64,000 nt of DNA from Akkermansiaceae bacterium (GCA_051251915.1 JBPOGF010000002.1:160001-224000); one strand, 5' to 3'; shown: positions 18,399-31,100, counted from the first letter of the stretch. Numbers and translations: made by a program. Notes: a model not told the origin generated them from the sequence alone.

Positions 18399-20759
18399 AT
18401 GCACGAGAAAACTAATTCAGAAGAAAATGCTGTGTCCAGACGTTCATTCCTCCGCCGCTCATCATTGGCAACGGCAGTTCTAGGGATGGTTCCGGGGTCT
18501 ATTTATGGCGCTACGGAGCCAAAGAAAACAAGTATAGCAAATGTTTCTGGGCCTTTGTCTCTTTGGTATGATAAGCCTGCGGAGAACTGGATGAAGGAGG
18601 CGTTGCCGATTGGTAACGGGCCGATGGGTGCTATGTTGTTTGGTGGCACGGAAGTTGAGCGGATACAGTTTAATGAGATCAGCTTGTGGAGTGGAGATCG
18701 TGTTGCTCCTAAGGGGACGGTGCTGGGAGATACTGATGATGAGGAGGTGTATAATCTTGGTGCACACCAGGCGTTTGGTGATGTTTTCATACGGTTTGGG
18801 CATGATCCCGAGAAGGTGAGTAATTATTGTAGGGAGCTCAACATTGATCGTGCGGTGCATACGGTGACTTATGAATATGAGGGGGTGAAATACACTCAGA
18901 CTGCTTTTGCTAGTCATCCTGCGAAGGTTATTGTGGTTCAGCTGTCTGCGGATAAGCCGGGTTCATGTAGTGGGCGACTCTGGCTGACTGATATGCATAA
19001 TGCTGATATCAGTCTGGAGAAGAATCGTTTCACTGCGGTGGGTAAGATGCCTAATGAGTTTGAGTATGAATCTCAGCTTCAGGTGCTGAATAATGGTGGT
19101 GAACTGAAAGTAGGGAAGGTGGAGAACTCTGAGATAAGTCCGATGCCTCCGTTGGGGGTAGAGTTTATAGGTTGTGACAGCGTTACGCTGGTGTTGGGTG
19201 CGGGAACGAATTTTGAGCAGGATCACTTGAAGGAGTGGTTGGGCGAGCATCCGCATGAGAGGGTGAGTGGTAATGTGGATATGGCTGCGGCTAAAAGTTT
19301 TGATGATTTATTGGCTGAGCACGTGAAGGATTATCAGTCCTTGTTCCACCGGTTCTCGATAGATTTAGGTAAAACGGATGCGAAGCTTGCTGCTAAGAGC
19401 ACGACTGAGCGTTTAGAAGCTTATACGAGTAAGAAGACGGCTGATCCGGAGATTGAGGCTTTGTTTTGCCAGTTTGGGCGTTATTTGTTGATTTCTTGTT
19501 CACGTCCTGGTGCGTTGCCGGCGAATTTGCAGGGTGTGTGGAACAATAGTAATTTGCCTGTCTGGGCTGGTGATTATCATTCGAATATTAATCTTGAGAT
19601 GAACTATTGGCCGGTGGAGACAGCGAATATTGCTGAGTGTCATGTGCCGTTTATTGATTATGTGGATAGTATCCGCGAGGTTAGTGCTGAGATCACGAAG
19701 GTTCAGTATGGGGATGTGCGCGGCTGGACGATCCGGACGATGAATAATGCTTGTGGGATTTCTTACTGGAAGTGGAATGGACCTGGTAGTGCTTGGTATG
19801 CACAGCATCTCTGGGAGCATTATGCATTTGGTCGTGATAAGGAGTATTTGCGTAACAAAGCTTATCCGATCATGAAGGAGATCTGTCATTTCTGGGAAGA
19901 TCATTTGAAGCGTCGTGCTGATGGAACGCTTGTTACTCCTGATGGGTGGTCTCCTGAGCAGTATAAGTATGAGCCGGAAGAGGGGGTGACATACGATCAG
20001 GAAATCATTTTTGATTTGTTTAATAATACGGTAGAGGCGGCTGATGAGCTGGGGGATGATAAGAAATTCCGTGATCATATAGCGGCGATGCGTGATGATC
20101 TTCTGAAGCCTGCTATTGGTCGTTGGGGACAGCTGAAGGAGTGGGAGGTGGATAAGGATGATCCTGATGATAAACATCGTCATGTTTCTCATTTGTTTGG
20201 TTTGTTCCCTGGGCGTCAGATTAATATGGCTCAGACTCCGAAGCTGGCTGAGGCGGCAAGGGTTTCTCTTAATGCGCGTGGTGATGAGAGCACTGGTTGG
20301 AGCCGTGCTTGGAAAATTAATTTTTGGGCACGACTTAGAGATGGTGACCGTGCGCATAAGTTGCTGCGTAGCTTGATCAACCTGGTTAGTGAGACGCGGA
20401 CGATTTATGGTAATAGTGGTGGTGGAGTATATTCTAATTTGCTCTGCTCACATCCACCTTTCCAGATTGATGGGAACTTGGGTGCGACTGCGGGATACTG
20501 TGAGATGCTGGTGCAGAGTCATGCGGAGCAGATCCAGTTACTTCCGGCGCTACCTGAGGCGTGGGCTACTGGTTCACTGAAGGGGTTGCGTGCTCGCGGT
20601 GGGTTTGAGGTGGATATGACCTGGGCGGCTGGTAAGTTGACTGGTGCTACTATTCACTCGAAGACTAGCGGTGGTTGTAAGGTTGTTTATGGAAAACAGG
20701 AATGGGTGTTAGAAACTGTTGCAGGCAAGTCCTATCCTCTTACGCTCGAAGGAGAATAA
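18399..20759 (+). CDS. GH95 alpha-L-fucosidase, Tat-exported
   Basis: SRRSFL Tat motif, ALPIGNG, QFGRYLLIS, ANLQGVWN, YHSNINLEMNYW, HRHVSHL, HPPFQIDGN. Confidence 0.93.
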   Translation: MHEKTNSEENAVSRRSFLRRSSLATAVLGMVPGSIYGATEPKKTSIANVSGPLSLWYDKPAENWMKEALPIGNGPMGAMLFGGTEVERIQFNEISLWSGDRVAPKGTVLGDTDDEEVYNLGAHQAFGDVFIRFGHDPEKVSNYCRELNIDRAVHTVTYEYEGVKYTQTAFASHPAKVIVVQLSADKPGSCSGRLWLTDMHNADISLEKNRFTAVGKMPNEFEYESQLQVLNNGGELKVGKVENSEISPMPPLGVEFIGCDSVTLVLGAGTNFEQDHLKEWLGEHPHERVSGNVDMAAAKSFDDLLAEHVKDYQSLFHRFSIDLGKTDAKLAAKSTTERLEAYTSKKTADPEIEALFCQFGRYLLISCSRPGALPANLQGVWNNSNLPVWAGDYHSNINLEMNYWPVETANIAECHVPFIDYVDSIREVSAEITKVQYGDVRGWTIRTMNNACGISYWKWNGPGSAWYAQHLWEHYAFGRDKEYLRNKAYPIMKEICHFWEDHLKRRADGTLVTPDGWSPEQYKYEPEEGVTYDQEIIFDLFNNTVEAADELGDDKKFRDHIAAMRDDLLKPAIGRWGQLKEWEVDKDDPDDKHRHVSHLFGLFPGRQINMAQTPKLAEAARVSLNARGDESTGWSRAWKINFWARLRDGDRAHKLLRSLINLVSETRTIYGNSGGGVYSNLLCSHPPFQIDGNLGATAGYCEMLVQSHAEQIQLLPALPEAWATGSLKGLRARGGFEVDMTWAAGKLTGATIHSKTSGGCKVVYGKQEWVLETVAGKSYPLTLEGE

Positions 20760-21011
20760 TCTGGATGTCTGCTCTCTCATGATCATTTCTCTGCTAGCAG
20801 TGTCTCTTTTGGTTGCTGTTAGTGGATAAATTATTGAATGAGGGGCTGGCTGAGGGAGGTAGAAATAGCTCTGATTTTAGAGCTATAAGTGGTTTATTTG
20901 GCATATTTAACCTGGGGGCATTGGCATAGGATCTGCTCGTTATTTTTCAGTAACATCAATCCTAACGCTCTACAGTGGCTTGGTGAATTGAATTCATGCA
21001 CCCCTTATATT

Positions 21012-21863
21012 ATGTTCATTCTAAAGGATACCATACTTGGTAATACTGAGGCGACAAGCAGTCCATCATCTTCAGTCAGGCGTTTTTACCGCGCGAGAAA
21101 TATACTTCCTGAGGAGGTCTTGGATTGGGATAATGCACGGTCTATTCCGCATGATGCTCCGTATTGGGATGACATGTTTGCAAATAGCACTAGAGCTGGA
21201 ATTAGCGCGGCTAGGCAGAGTCTGAAGCCGGCTTGTTTTGTCTGGGGGGTGATGGCTTTTATTGCTGTGCTCTATTATGCGGTGCCAGCGACGCAGAGTT
21301 TTTTTACGGCACTTGATGCGCTGCAGACGAAGATGGGGTTGTTTTTTCCGTTCTTGGGGATGGGGTTGTCTGTTGGTTTTCTAGCTGAAGCTGTGAAGGT
21401 GGTGATGTCTAAGGAGAAGCGGTGGACTAGGGCTAATACAGGCAATGCGGTTTTCAATTTGTTGATGTTTGGTTTTTTGGGGGTTTTACAGAGCTATTTT
21501 TATGCATTGCAGGCGACGCTTTTTGGGATGGGGAGTTCTTGGAAGGTTTTGGTTCCGAAGGTGCTTTTTGATCAGTTTGTCTGGACGGTGTTCTTGGCGA
21601 ATCCTTATCAGACGATTCTCTATCTGTGGAAGAATAAGGGGTTTTCTTTTAAGCGTGTGGGTGAGCAGATGTCACCTTTTAGACAATTCTGGGGAACGCA
21701 GATTTTACCTGTGTTGATTACGAACTGGGCTTTTTGGATTCCTATGGTTTCTATTATTTACTGTTTCCCTGGGGAGTTACAACTACCTCTCGCTATCCTA
21801 GCAGTCACGATCTGGGTGCTACTCCTTTCTATACTTACTACAAACGAAGATGAAGCAGCCTGA
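21012..21863 (+). CDS. Mpv17/PMP22-like membrane protein
   Basis: KVLFDQFVW and LITNWAFWIP..IIY.FP motifs; start uncertain. Confidence 0.65.
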   Translation: MFILKDTILGNTEATSSPSSSVRRFYRARNILPEEVLDWDNARSIPHDAPYWDDMFANSTRAGISAARQSLKPACFVWGVMAFIAVLYYAVPATQSFFTALDALQTKMGLFFPFLGMGLSVGFLAEAVKVVMSKEKRWTRANTGNAVFNLLMFGFLGVLQSYFYALQATLFGMGSSWKVLVPKVLFDQFVWTVFLANPYQTILYLWKNKGFSFKRVGEQMSPFRQFWGTQILPVLITNWAFWIPMVSIIYCFPGELQLPLAILAVTIWVLLLSILTTNEDEAA

Positions 21864-22872
21864 TACTTTATTACCTCCGATACTTGCAGTGGGGACATTT
21901 GTTGTTGATTACCAGAAGGTGGTCGACCATTATCCGGAAGAACGCTCAGGGACGAAAGTGAGGAAAGAGCTGGTTAGTAATGGTGGGGCTCCTCTTAATA
22001 TATTGATCAATTTGGCTAAGCTGGAGGTTAAATTTCCTTTGTTTGCGGCGGCTAAGGTTGGCAAAGATCTTGATGGGAAATATATTATCGATTGCTGTCA
22101 AGAGCACAAAATAGATACTTCACAGCTGGTGCCTGTGGATGATGCAAGCACAGGGTATACGGATGTTTATACTGTGGAGAGCACGGGGAAGCACACTTGT
22201 TTTCATTTTTGTGGAATTGGGGATACGTTTTCTCGGCGAGATGTGAAGTTGAGGGCGGTGAAACCAAAAATTCTTTTACTGGGTTCTCTAGGAGCACTGG
22301 GGAAAATGGACTGTCATAATCCTGAGTATGGTCGGACTGGTGCGGCACAACTGCTGCGAGATGCGCGGAAACAGGATATCACTACTGTGGTGGAAATAGC
22401 TCCAATTGATCAGCAGGCTAAGATAGGGGATTTTACGGAGGCGTTGCCGTTTACTGATTTCTTGATTATCAATGATAGGGTTGCTGAGAATTTGTTGAGT
22501 GTGGAGCTGTATTCTGAGGGGCAGTTTGATCCGGAGTTGGCGCGGAAGGCTTGTGAGATGTTGTTGGGTTATGGGTTGAATAAGGCTGTTGTGATTCAGT
22601 CTGGATCGGCGGCGGTTTACTTGGGAGCTGATGGTGAGTTTGAGCATCAGAGTGGGTATTTCCTTCCTTGGGCTCAGCGTGTGGGATCTGCTGGAGTGGA
22701 TCATGCGTTTATTTCTGGTTTTCTTGAGGGGATGTATCATGAAAAGTCTGTTGAGGTGTGTCTTAAGCAAGGTTTGGCTGTTTCGACAGTTTGCCGTTGT
22801 GATCTGACTCCTTCTGGTGGGATATCTGCGTTGGAGGATTGTATTGCGTTTTGTGAGGCGCTGGGGGCTTAG
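21850..22872 (+). CDS. PfkB/ribokinase-family carbohydrate kinase-like protein
   Basis: NGGAPLNI, KVGKDLDG, STGYTDV; atypical C-terminal motif GSAGVDHAFISG. Confidence 0.8.
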   Translation: MKQPDTLLPPILAVGTFVVDYQKVVDHYPEERSGTKVRKELVSNGGAPLNILINLAKLEVKFPLFAAAKVGKDLDGKYIIDCCQEHKIDTSQLVPVDDASTGYTDVYTVESTGKHTCFHFCGIGDTFSRRDVKLRAVKPKILLLGSLGALGKMDCHNPEYGRTGAAQLLRDARKQDITTVVEIAPIDQQAKIGDFTEALPFTDFLIINDRVAENLLSVELYSEGQFDPELARKACEMLLGYGLNKAVVIQSGSAAVYLGADGEFEHQSGYFLPWAQRVGSAGVDHAFISGFLEGMYHEKSVEVCLKQGLAVSTVCRCDLTPSGGISALEDCIAFCEALGA

Positions 22873-23060
22873 ACCAATCTGTAAAACAGATCCGCCAAAT
22901 GGGTTGGTATGGGTTATTTTAGATAGTGTTTCACACTTAGAGAGGAGGAGGGTGCTTTTGTTTCTATCTGCGTTATTGCTCAGTAATGATGCTTAGGAGT
23001 GGTTACTGGAATTTATGGTTTACCCTTGATAGGGGCTGGGCAAATGTGCAACTTGTGTTC

Positions 23061-23882
23061 ATGCACATTGAAAATGCGAGTAAGCAGTACATCGTAAAAC
23101 CTGGTAGTAAGGTTAAGCTGTCTGAGATAGATACGAATGATAAATCACTTTATACGGCTGGTAAGGAGCACCATCATGATGAGCTTCATGATTTAAGAGA
23201 GGAGCTTCGAGAGTTGCAAAACTTGTTGTATGCTGAAGGGAAGCAGAAGCTTCTGGTTATTATTCAGGCGATGGATACTGGTGGTAAAGATGGGTGCGTG
23301 AAGTCGGTGTTTGGCCGTGTGGATCCTCAGGGGATTCATGTTTCTTCGTTCAAGCAGCCATCTAAGGAGGAGTTATCGCATGATTATTTGTGGCGAATTC
23401 ACCAGCATGCTCCTGGGAATGGGATGATCGCGGTGTTTAACCGTAGTCAGTATGAAGATATTATTGCGGTGAAGGTGAAGGAGATTTTCCCTGAGTCTGT
23501 GTGGAGTAAGAGGTATAGGCATGTAGTGGAGTTTGAGCGGATGCTGGCTGAGGAGGGGACGAAGATTGTGAAGATCTTCCTGCATATTTCTAAGGATGAA
23601 CAGAAGGAGAGGCTTCAGGCGAGGCTGGATGAGGCTGATAAGAACTGGAAATTCAATCCTGGTGATCTTGAAGATAGAGCTAGGTGGGATGACTTTATGG
23701 CGGAGTATGAGAATATTTTTGAGAAGACTAGTACTGATGAGGCGCCTTGGTTTATCGTTCCTGCTGATAGGAAGTGGTATAGAAATCTGGTGGTGAGTCA
23801 GATTATTATTGATGCGTTGGAGTCGCTCAATATGAAATATCCTACGACAGATTGGGATCCGGCAGATATTAAAATTCAGTAA
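23061..23882 (+). CDS. ppk2: Polyphosphate kinase 2 family protein (class III-like)
   Basis: QAMDTGGKDG, FKQPS.EELSHDYLWR, FNRSQYED, APWFIVPADRKWYRN. Confidence 0.92.
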   Translation: MHIENASKQYIVKPGSKVKLSEIDTNDKSLYTAGKEHHHDELHDLREELRELQNLLYAEGKQKLLVIIQAMDTGGKDGCVKSVFGRVDPQGIHVSSFKQPSKEELSHDYLWRIHQHAPGNGMIAVFNRSQYEDIIAVKVKEIFPESVWSKRYRHVVEFERMLAEEGTKIVKIFLHISKDEQKERLQARLDEADKNWKFNPGDLEDRARWDDFMAEYENIFEKTSTDEAPWFIVPADRKWYRNLVVSQIIIDALESLNMKYPTTDWDPADIKIQ

Positions 23883-23883
23883 G

Positions 23884-24201
23884 ATGAAGTTTATTTATAA
23901 GTATGTGTTACTCGTGGTGGCGGTGGCGGCGAGTGGTTTTTTCATCCAGAAGTTGTGCTATCGGTTTCCGACTGTGCAGGAGATGAAGGATTATCACGAG
24001 GGGCATTATTCTACGGAGATTGTCTCGTTGACTGCTGAAGGCGAGGGTGAGCAGAAGGATGGTTTGCTGGTTTTTCGTGCTCAGCACACTAATGGGCAGG
24101 GCTTTACTGAGCGTTATAAGGTCGAGGCTGGTAAGGCTTGGGTTCTTCCGTGGGAGACTTATTGGGATAGTAGGGCGCGGATGAAGGACGATACTAAGTA
24201 G
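23884..24201 (+). CDS. Hypothetical protein with N-terminal TM/signal
   Basis: 105-aa ORF starting 1 nt after the ppk2 stop. Confidence 0.6.
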   Translation: MKFIYKYVLLVVAVAASGFFIQKLCYRFPTVQEMKDYHEGHYSTEIVSLTAEGEGEQKDGLLVFRAQHTNGQGFTERYKVEAGKAWVLPWETYWDSRARMKDDTK

Positions 24202-24215
24202 TCTTAAGTGGTGAT

Positions 24216-24992
24216 TTAGGCTGAGTGTTTATTATGTTCTTGTTGGGCTCTTAGCATGGCTACTTGGACTACTGCTGGTATGGTAACGCGGTAGGCAGGG
24301 CCAGCTACGTCTGCTGCGGTCCATGCAGCTGAGGCTGTCCAGCCAATAGGGCCTAGGATGAAGCCTAGTGTTCTGGTGATGCCGATGTTTGCGGCAAGTT
24401 TGAGACCACGTCCTATCATTTGTTTCGTGACCGCACTTGATACGATTAGAGCAACTTGATACGCAATGACTTTGCTGTTTTTAACGGCTGATCCTATTGC
24501 GGTGGAGAGGTCTTGAGATGTAAAACTAGTTAGTTCAAGGTCGAGTTCATCGGAGATTTTCTTTAGTTCATCGGTGCTTAGGTCAGTAAGTGACTCGGTG
24601 AGGATTTTTGTAAGAATGCTTAGCTCAATCTCGGTTATTGAATCTGATTTATTAACATCTACTTTTAGTTTTTTGGCCACATCTGAGGTAATTTCGCGGT
24701 AGAGCACTCCTTTTCCTCTTACCGCTGTGGCTATGGTGTTAGCGCCGTATCTTTGGATTTCATCTGCGATGATGTGCCAGTATTGGTGGTGGTCGGGTTG
24801 GTTGTCTTGGTAGAGGGAGTTGGAGGTAAGTGATTCTGAGAATCTGGCTTTGCCTTTTTTGTCTTGGGTGAGAATTTGGACCAATGGGTCGAGTTGCTCG
24901 GAGGTTATTTTAGCCAGGAAATTTAAGTCTAGATCGTCTCTCATAAATGTAAGATCATCCTTATTGGTGATTTTATCAATTAATATCTTCAA
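24216..24992 (-). CDS. YaaW/DUF3944 (UPF0174)-family protein
   Basis: DLDLNFL, IADEIQRYGANT, RGKGVLYREI, GPIGW, GPAYRVTIPAVVQVAMLR; start may be 24944. Confidence 0.82.
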   Translation of the reverse strand: MKILIDKITNKDDLTFMRDDLDLNFLAKITSEQLDPLVQILTQDKKGKARFSESLTSNSLYQDNQPDHHQYWHIIADEIQRYGANTIATAVRGKGVLYREITSDVAKKLKVDVNKSDSITEIELSILTKILTESLTDLSTDELKKISDELDLELTSFTSQDLSTAIGSAVKNSKVIAYQVALIVSSAVTKQMIGRGLKLAANIGITRTLGFILGPIGWTASAAWTAADVAGPAYRVTIPAVVQVAMLRAQQEHNKHSA

Positions 24993-25119
24993 AGCGGTGC
25001 TAGGTTGGCTAGTGTTAAAATAAATCAGATAAAAATGTCACAAAGTGTGGAGTTAGTGACAAGTAGGGTTGTAGCTCGGTGTTTTCCTTGTTATTTACAG
25101 CTAACCAAACCTTTTAATC

Positions 25120-28100
25120 ATGATGAAATTTACCCAAATCAAGTGTGTAGTGCTCGCAGTGCTTTGTAGTCTGTTGCCTTTTATAGCTCAGGCTACTGTT
25201 GTAGAAGATAGGTTAGCGATGAATAAGTTATTTGAAGATGGGAACTGGAAGGAGGCATTGGAGGCTGCTGAGAAGAATTTTGGTGCCGTGTCTGATGAGA
25301 AGTCTGATGGTGACTTGGATCTTGCGATCAAGTGTATGAACAAGCTTAGGAAGTATGAGGGGTATGAGGGACTTCTTGCTGTGGTCAATGAAAAGCATGG
25401 GGCTAATGCTAAAGTGCTACTTGAGGCTGCGCATAGTCTGAGCTCTGTTCCGAGTAATGGAGCTTGGTTTGATAATGAGTATTTGCGTGGAGCGAGCCCG
25501 TATTCGCGGAAAGGGACGCGTGGTGAGCATGCTAATAGCCTGGAGCGAGATAGAGTGCGGGCATTGCAGTTGTTAGAGAGAGCATACGGTTTGACGGAGG
25601 CTAATGATGGGGTAGGTAAACTGAATGTTCTTCAATATTGGGCTACGATGGTGCAAAGTAATAGGACTCATAATCAGAGCTGGAAGTTACAAATTCTAAC
25701 AGATACTGGTGAGCTGCCTGAAGTTTTCCGTGGGTATAATAGTTACTCTGGGACACAGGGTGCGCCGATGACTGATGAGGGTGATGCGCTGTTTTATGAG
25801 GTTCCTGTTAGTTATGCAGATGCTGAGAATGATGGGGAGCGCTGGAGATGGTTGTTGGATGAGCAGGTGAAAGTTGACCCGAAGCATAAGCTTAGTGTGA
25901 GTCGTCAACTTGCGGCTTTTTTGCATCAGCAGTTTGGGGTGCGTAGTATGCAGAGTTTTGGGTGGTATCATAGGATGGCAGCGGAAGATGGTGAGGAGAA
26001 TCAGGCGGGGATTATGAAGGTGCATACGTTGAAGGATAATGAGACGATTGCTAGGTTGGCGAATGGGGTGAAGAGGTTTGAGCTGCCGGATAGTCAGAAT
26101 TTTATTAAGATGTATGAGGAGGCTTGGGATGGTGGAGATGCTTATGCTGCGGATAGGTTGGTGGAGATTTATTTGGATAGGAGGCAGTATGATAGGGCGG
26201 CGGAGTTGTTAGGGGTGTTGATAGCGACGAAGGGAGATGATAAGCAGAAGTCTAGAAATAAGAGACTGGAGCAGATTACGAGTGAGTGGGGTAGGTTTGA
26301 GCAGAGCGGTGGGGCGTTTACGGTGGTGGATGAGAAGCGGGTGTCGTTGGTTTATAGGAATGCGAAGGAGGTGAGGTTGACGTTGCATGAGATAGATGTG
26401 CAGGGGATCAATGATGACATTTGGGAGTATCTTAAGGGGAATCCGAGGACGGTGGATTGGAATAGGGTGAACTGGGGGGATTTGTTGAATACGAGTGTTA
26501 ATGATAGGCATAACAAATACATTGGTGATCAGGTGGCTGAGCAGGTTTATGAGTTGAAGCCTAGGGGTGGGCATTGGGATACTAGGGCTGAGTTGAAGTT
26601 GCCGAAGATAGATAAAGCGGGTGCTTATTTGCTAAGGGGTGAGATTGGTGATGGGAAGAAATTTTACACGATGGTGTGGGTGGATGATATGATGTTGGCA
26701 TCTCGTCAGGTGAGTGGTGGGACGCTTTATATTGCGGCGGATGCTGAGACTGGAAAGCCGATAGCAGGGGTTGAGTTGATAGTGCGTGGGTATAGGACTG
26801 AGGCGCTGAAGAAGAAGTCGTTGCTTAGAAAGTATAACACGATCACTACGAATTATGAGGCGGTGACTGATGAGAATGGACAGGTGATTCTGAAGAATGG
26901 TGATGATAGTGGGCGTAATTTTCAGTGGACTGTGGAGGCTAGGAAAGGTGAGATGCGGGCTTGGATGGGGATGAATAGGATCTGGTCATGGCATAGGGAT
27001 CAGAATAGTGAGTATGTAACGCGCAAGGCTTTTTGTATAACTAGTCAGCCGGTTTATAAGCCTGAGAGTGAGGTTCAGGGGAAGTTTTGGGTGCGTGAGG
27101 TGAGGTATGATTTGGGGGATAAGTCTGCGTTTGCGGGGAGGAAGTTTTATTTAGAGGTGGTGGACCCAAGGGGCGAGAAGGTAGGTGAGGGGCAGACTAT
27201 TGTGGCTGATGAGTATGGTGGTGTGCCGTTTAGTGTGGATATTGCTCATGATGCTACGTTGGGGAGTTATCGAGTGGTGTTGCGTTTTGATAGTGCAACG
27301 GGTAGTCATGCGGGTAATGGAAATTTTAGGGTGGAGAAGTATAAGAAGCCAGAGTATGAGGTGAAGGTGGATGCGCCTACTATTCCGGTGGAGTTGGGTG
27401 ATGCTTTTGAGGCGACGGTGAAGGCGAATTATTATCATGGTGCGCCGGTGACGAATGCTACGGTGAAGGTGAAAGTTCTGAGGCATGTTCATAATGCTAG
27501 ATGGTTTCCGTATGGGAGATGGGATTGGCTTTATGGTGGTGGTTATGGGTGGATGGATGTGGAGCGTAGCTGGTATCCGGGGTGGGCGCACTGGGGATGT
27601 AGGAGTCCGTATCCATTTTGGTATGGGGGGAATCATGAGCAGCCTGAGCTTGTCTTGGATGAGGAAATGAAGATAGGTGAGGATGGGACTGTGAAGGTGA
27701 AGGTGGACTCAGCATTGGCTAAGCTGGTGCATGGGGATGAAGATCATCGTTATGAGATCAAGGTTGAAGTGGTAGATGCTTCACGACGGACTATTTTCGG
27801 GAGTGGATCTGTGCTTGCGACTAGGAAGCCGTTTCAGGTGACTACTTGGCTGAACCGTGGGTATGCGCTGGCTGGGGAGAGAATCCAGGCGAGTGTGGCT
27901 GCTAATACGCTCGATGGGCGTGTGGTGAAGGGGTGGATGGGAACTACGTTGTATAAGGTTAACTCGAATGCAGAGGGTGAGATCAAGGAGACAGTGGTGC
28001 GTCAGTGGGATAAGGTTGCTTATAGTGGTGAGACGGCTCGTCTTGATTTCAAGGTAGATGTTGCTGGGCAGTATCGTTTGGTGAATCTGGTTACTGATGA

Positions 28101-31100
28101 GCAGGGGCGTGAAGTTGAGGGGGCGATTTTGTTTTCTGTTAGAGGGCCGGCGGGTGAGCAGGGGGATGTGAGATATAATGACATTGAACTGATCACTGAT
28201 AAGCGGACTTATGCGCCTGGTGAGAGTGTGAAGTTGCTGGTGAATACGAAGCGTAAGGGTAGTACGGTGATGTTATTTGTTAGAGGGACTGGTGATAGGA
28301 AATTGCTTACGTTGGAGGGTAATAGCCAGGTGGTGGAGATTCCGGTGGCGCTTGGTGATATGCCGAACTTTTTTGTGGAGGCGATGACGATTAGTGATGC
28401 GCGTGTTCATACGCAGGTGTTAGAGGTGATTGTGCCGCCGGCGAAGAGGGTGTTGAATGTGGCGATTGTCCCGAGTTCGGAGAAGTATAAGCCTCAGGAA
28501 AAGGGGACGGTGAAGATCAAGGTGACTGATGAGAATGGTGAGGCTGTGACTGGGGATTGTGTGTTGGCGGTTTATGACAAGTCGCTGGAGTATATTTCTG
28601 GTGGTAGTAATGTGGCTAAGATTAAGTCATTTTTCTGGAAGTGGAGGAGGCAATATCAGAGAGGTTATTGGCGTCAGTCGATGGTTATTGCTGGTGGTAA
28701 TACGGTGAAGAAGGGTAGCGAAATGATGGGGAATCTTGGTGCTTTTGGGCAGCAGTTGAGTTTGGAACTTGCTGGTGGAGATCCTTTTGGTGATGCTGGA
28801 GGTGGAGGTGGTGTTCGCTTTAGTAAAAAGAGTCAGTCGGCAGTTATGGGTCGAGCAGCGGGTAATTTGGCCATGCCTACGCCATCTGCGGCTGTGATGG
28901 AGTCTGACAGCTTAAGCGCGGAAGCGTTTAGTGCTGGTGGAGAGATGGATGAAGCCGATGGTGGTAACGAGCCTGAGGTGATGATTCGTAAGGATTTTGC
29001 GGATCTTATTAAGTGGTCTGGGTCGGTGAAGTTGGATGAGGATGGGATGGCGGAGGTGCCGGTGGAGTATCCTGATAATTTGACGACTTGGAAAATTCAG
29101 ACATGGGCGATGGCTCATGGGACGCGCGTGGGGCATGGTTCTGCGGAGGTGATTACGAGTAAGGATCTGATTATTAGGTTGCAGGCTCCGAGATTTTTTG
29201 TGGAAAAGGATGAGGTTGTGTTGAGTGCTGTGGTGCATAATTACCATGCTGCTGCGGCTGATGCGGAGGTGTCGTTAGAGCTTGAGGGGGGGACGCTGGA
29301 TGTGATTGAGGGTGATATTTCACAGGGTGTGAGATTGGCTGGAGAGAATGGTGAGGAGCGGGTGAACTGGAGAGTGAAGGTGAAGGGTGAAGGGGAGGCG
29401 ATAGTGCGGATGAAGGTGGTGACGGCGAATGATGCGGATGCGATGGAGATGACGTTTCCTGTGTATGTTCATGGGATACTGAAGCAGATGGCTTGGAGTA
29501 GAGAGGTGGAGCCTGGGAAGGATTCGGCGAAGATTATTATTGAGGTTCCTGAGGAGAGGAGGCCTGAGGATTCGAGGTTGGAGGTAAGGTTTTCTCCGAC
29601 GATTGCTGGTGCTATTGTGGATGCGTTGCCGTATTTGGCGGAGTATCCTTATGGGTGCACTGAGCAGACGTTGAATAGGTTTGTTCCGACGGTGATTACT
29701 CAGAAGATTCTGAAGGATATGGGGATTAATTTGGAGGATGTTAGGAATAAGAGGACTAATTTGAACCCGCAGGAAATGGGGGATGATAAGGAGCGTGCTA
29801 AGCAGTGGAAGAGGTGGCAGCGAAATCCGGTCTTTAGTGAAAAAGAGGTGGATAAGATGACGCGTGAAGGAGTGCAGAAATTGATTGATATGCAGGTGTC
29901 TGACGGTGGCTGGGGATGGTTCTCTGGTTATGGTGAGAGGTCATATCCGCATACTACGGCGGTTGTGGTGCATGGGTTGAGATTGGCTCAGAAGAATGGG
30001 GCGCAAGTGCCTGAGGAGAGGATCAAGCTCGGGGTGGAGTGGCTTAAGCGGTATGAGGCGCGGGAGACTGAGAGGATCCGGATGTGGAAGAAGCGTGAGA
30101 AGAATACTAAGCAGGGACCTGAAACGATGGATGTTTTTGTGAGGCTTGTTCTTGCGGAGAATGAGGTTTCTAACCAGGAAATGTTAGGTTATCAGTTCCG
30201 TGATAAGAAGGACTTTGGAGTGTATGCTAAGTCGATGCTTGGGATGAGTTTGCATTTGGCTAAGGATGTGACTCGTAGGGATGAGGTGATTCGTAATATT
30301 GAGCAGTTTTTGAACTATGATGATGAGAATCAGACGGCATTTCTTGAGATGGGGAATTCTGGTTATTGGTGGTATTGGTATGGGAGCGATATTGAGGCTC
30401 ATGCTTGGTATTTGAAGTTGTTGGTTTTAGCTAAGCCTGAGAGTAAGCAGGCGCGGGGGGTGGTGAAGTTTTTGGTGAATAACCGGAAGCATGCTACTTA
30501 TTGGAATTCTACTCGTGATACGGCGTATGCGATTGAGGCGATAGCGGCTTATATGGAGGCAAGTGGTGAGGCGGATCCGAATGCGGAGGTTGAGGTTCTG
30601 GTGGATGGTAAGAGTTATAAGAAGGTGAAGATTTCTAAGGAGAATTTATTTAGCTTCGATAATAAGATGACGCTTGCGGGTGATGTTCTTACTAGTGGTA
30701 AGCATACTGTGGAGATTCGGAGGAAGGGTAATGGGCCGCTTTATACGAATGCTTATCTTACGGTGTTTACTAAGGAGGACTTCATTGAGAAAGCTGGCTT
30801 GGAGGTGAAGGTGGAGCGGAGGTTTTATAAGTTAGTTCCGAAGAAGGCTACGGACAAGGTAGCTGGGAATCACGGACAGGTGGTGGAGCAGAAGGTGGAT
30901 AAGTATGATAGGGTTCCGCTTAAGGTGGGTGATGCTGTGCAGAGTGGTGATACTATTGAGGTGGAGCTTCTGTTAGAGAGTAAGAATGATTATGAGTATT
31001 TGATGTTCTCTGACTTCAAGGCGGCGGGAACTGAGGCTGAGGAGGTGCGGAGTGGGTATACACGGACGGGGAATGTGAGTGCTTATATGGAGGTGCACGA

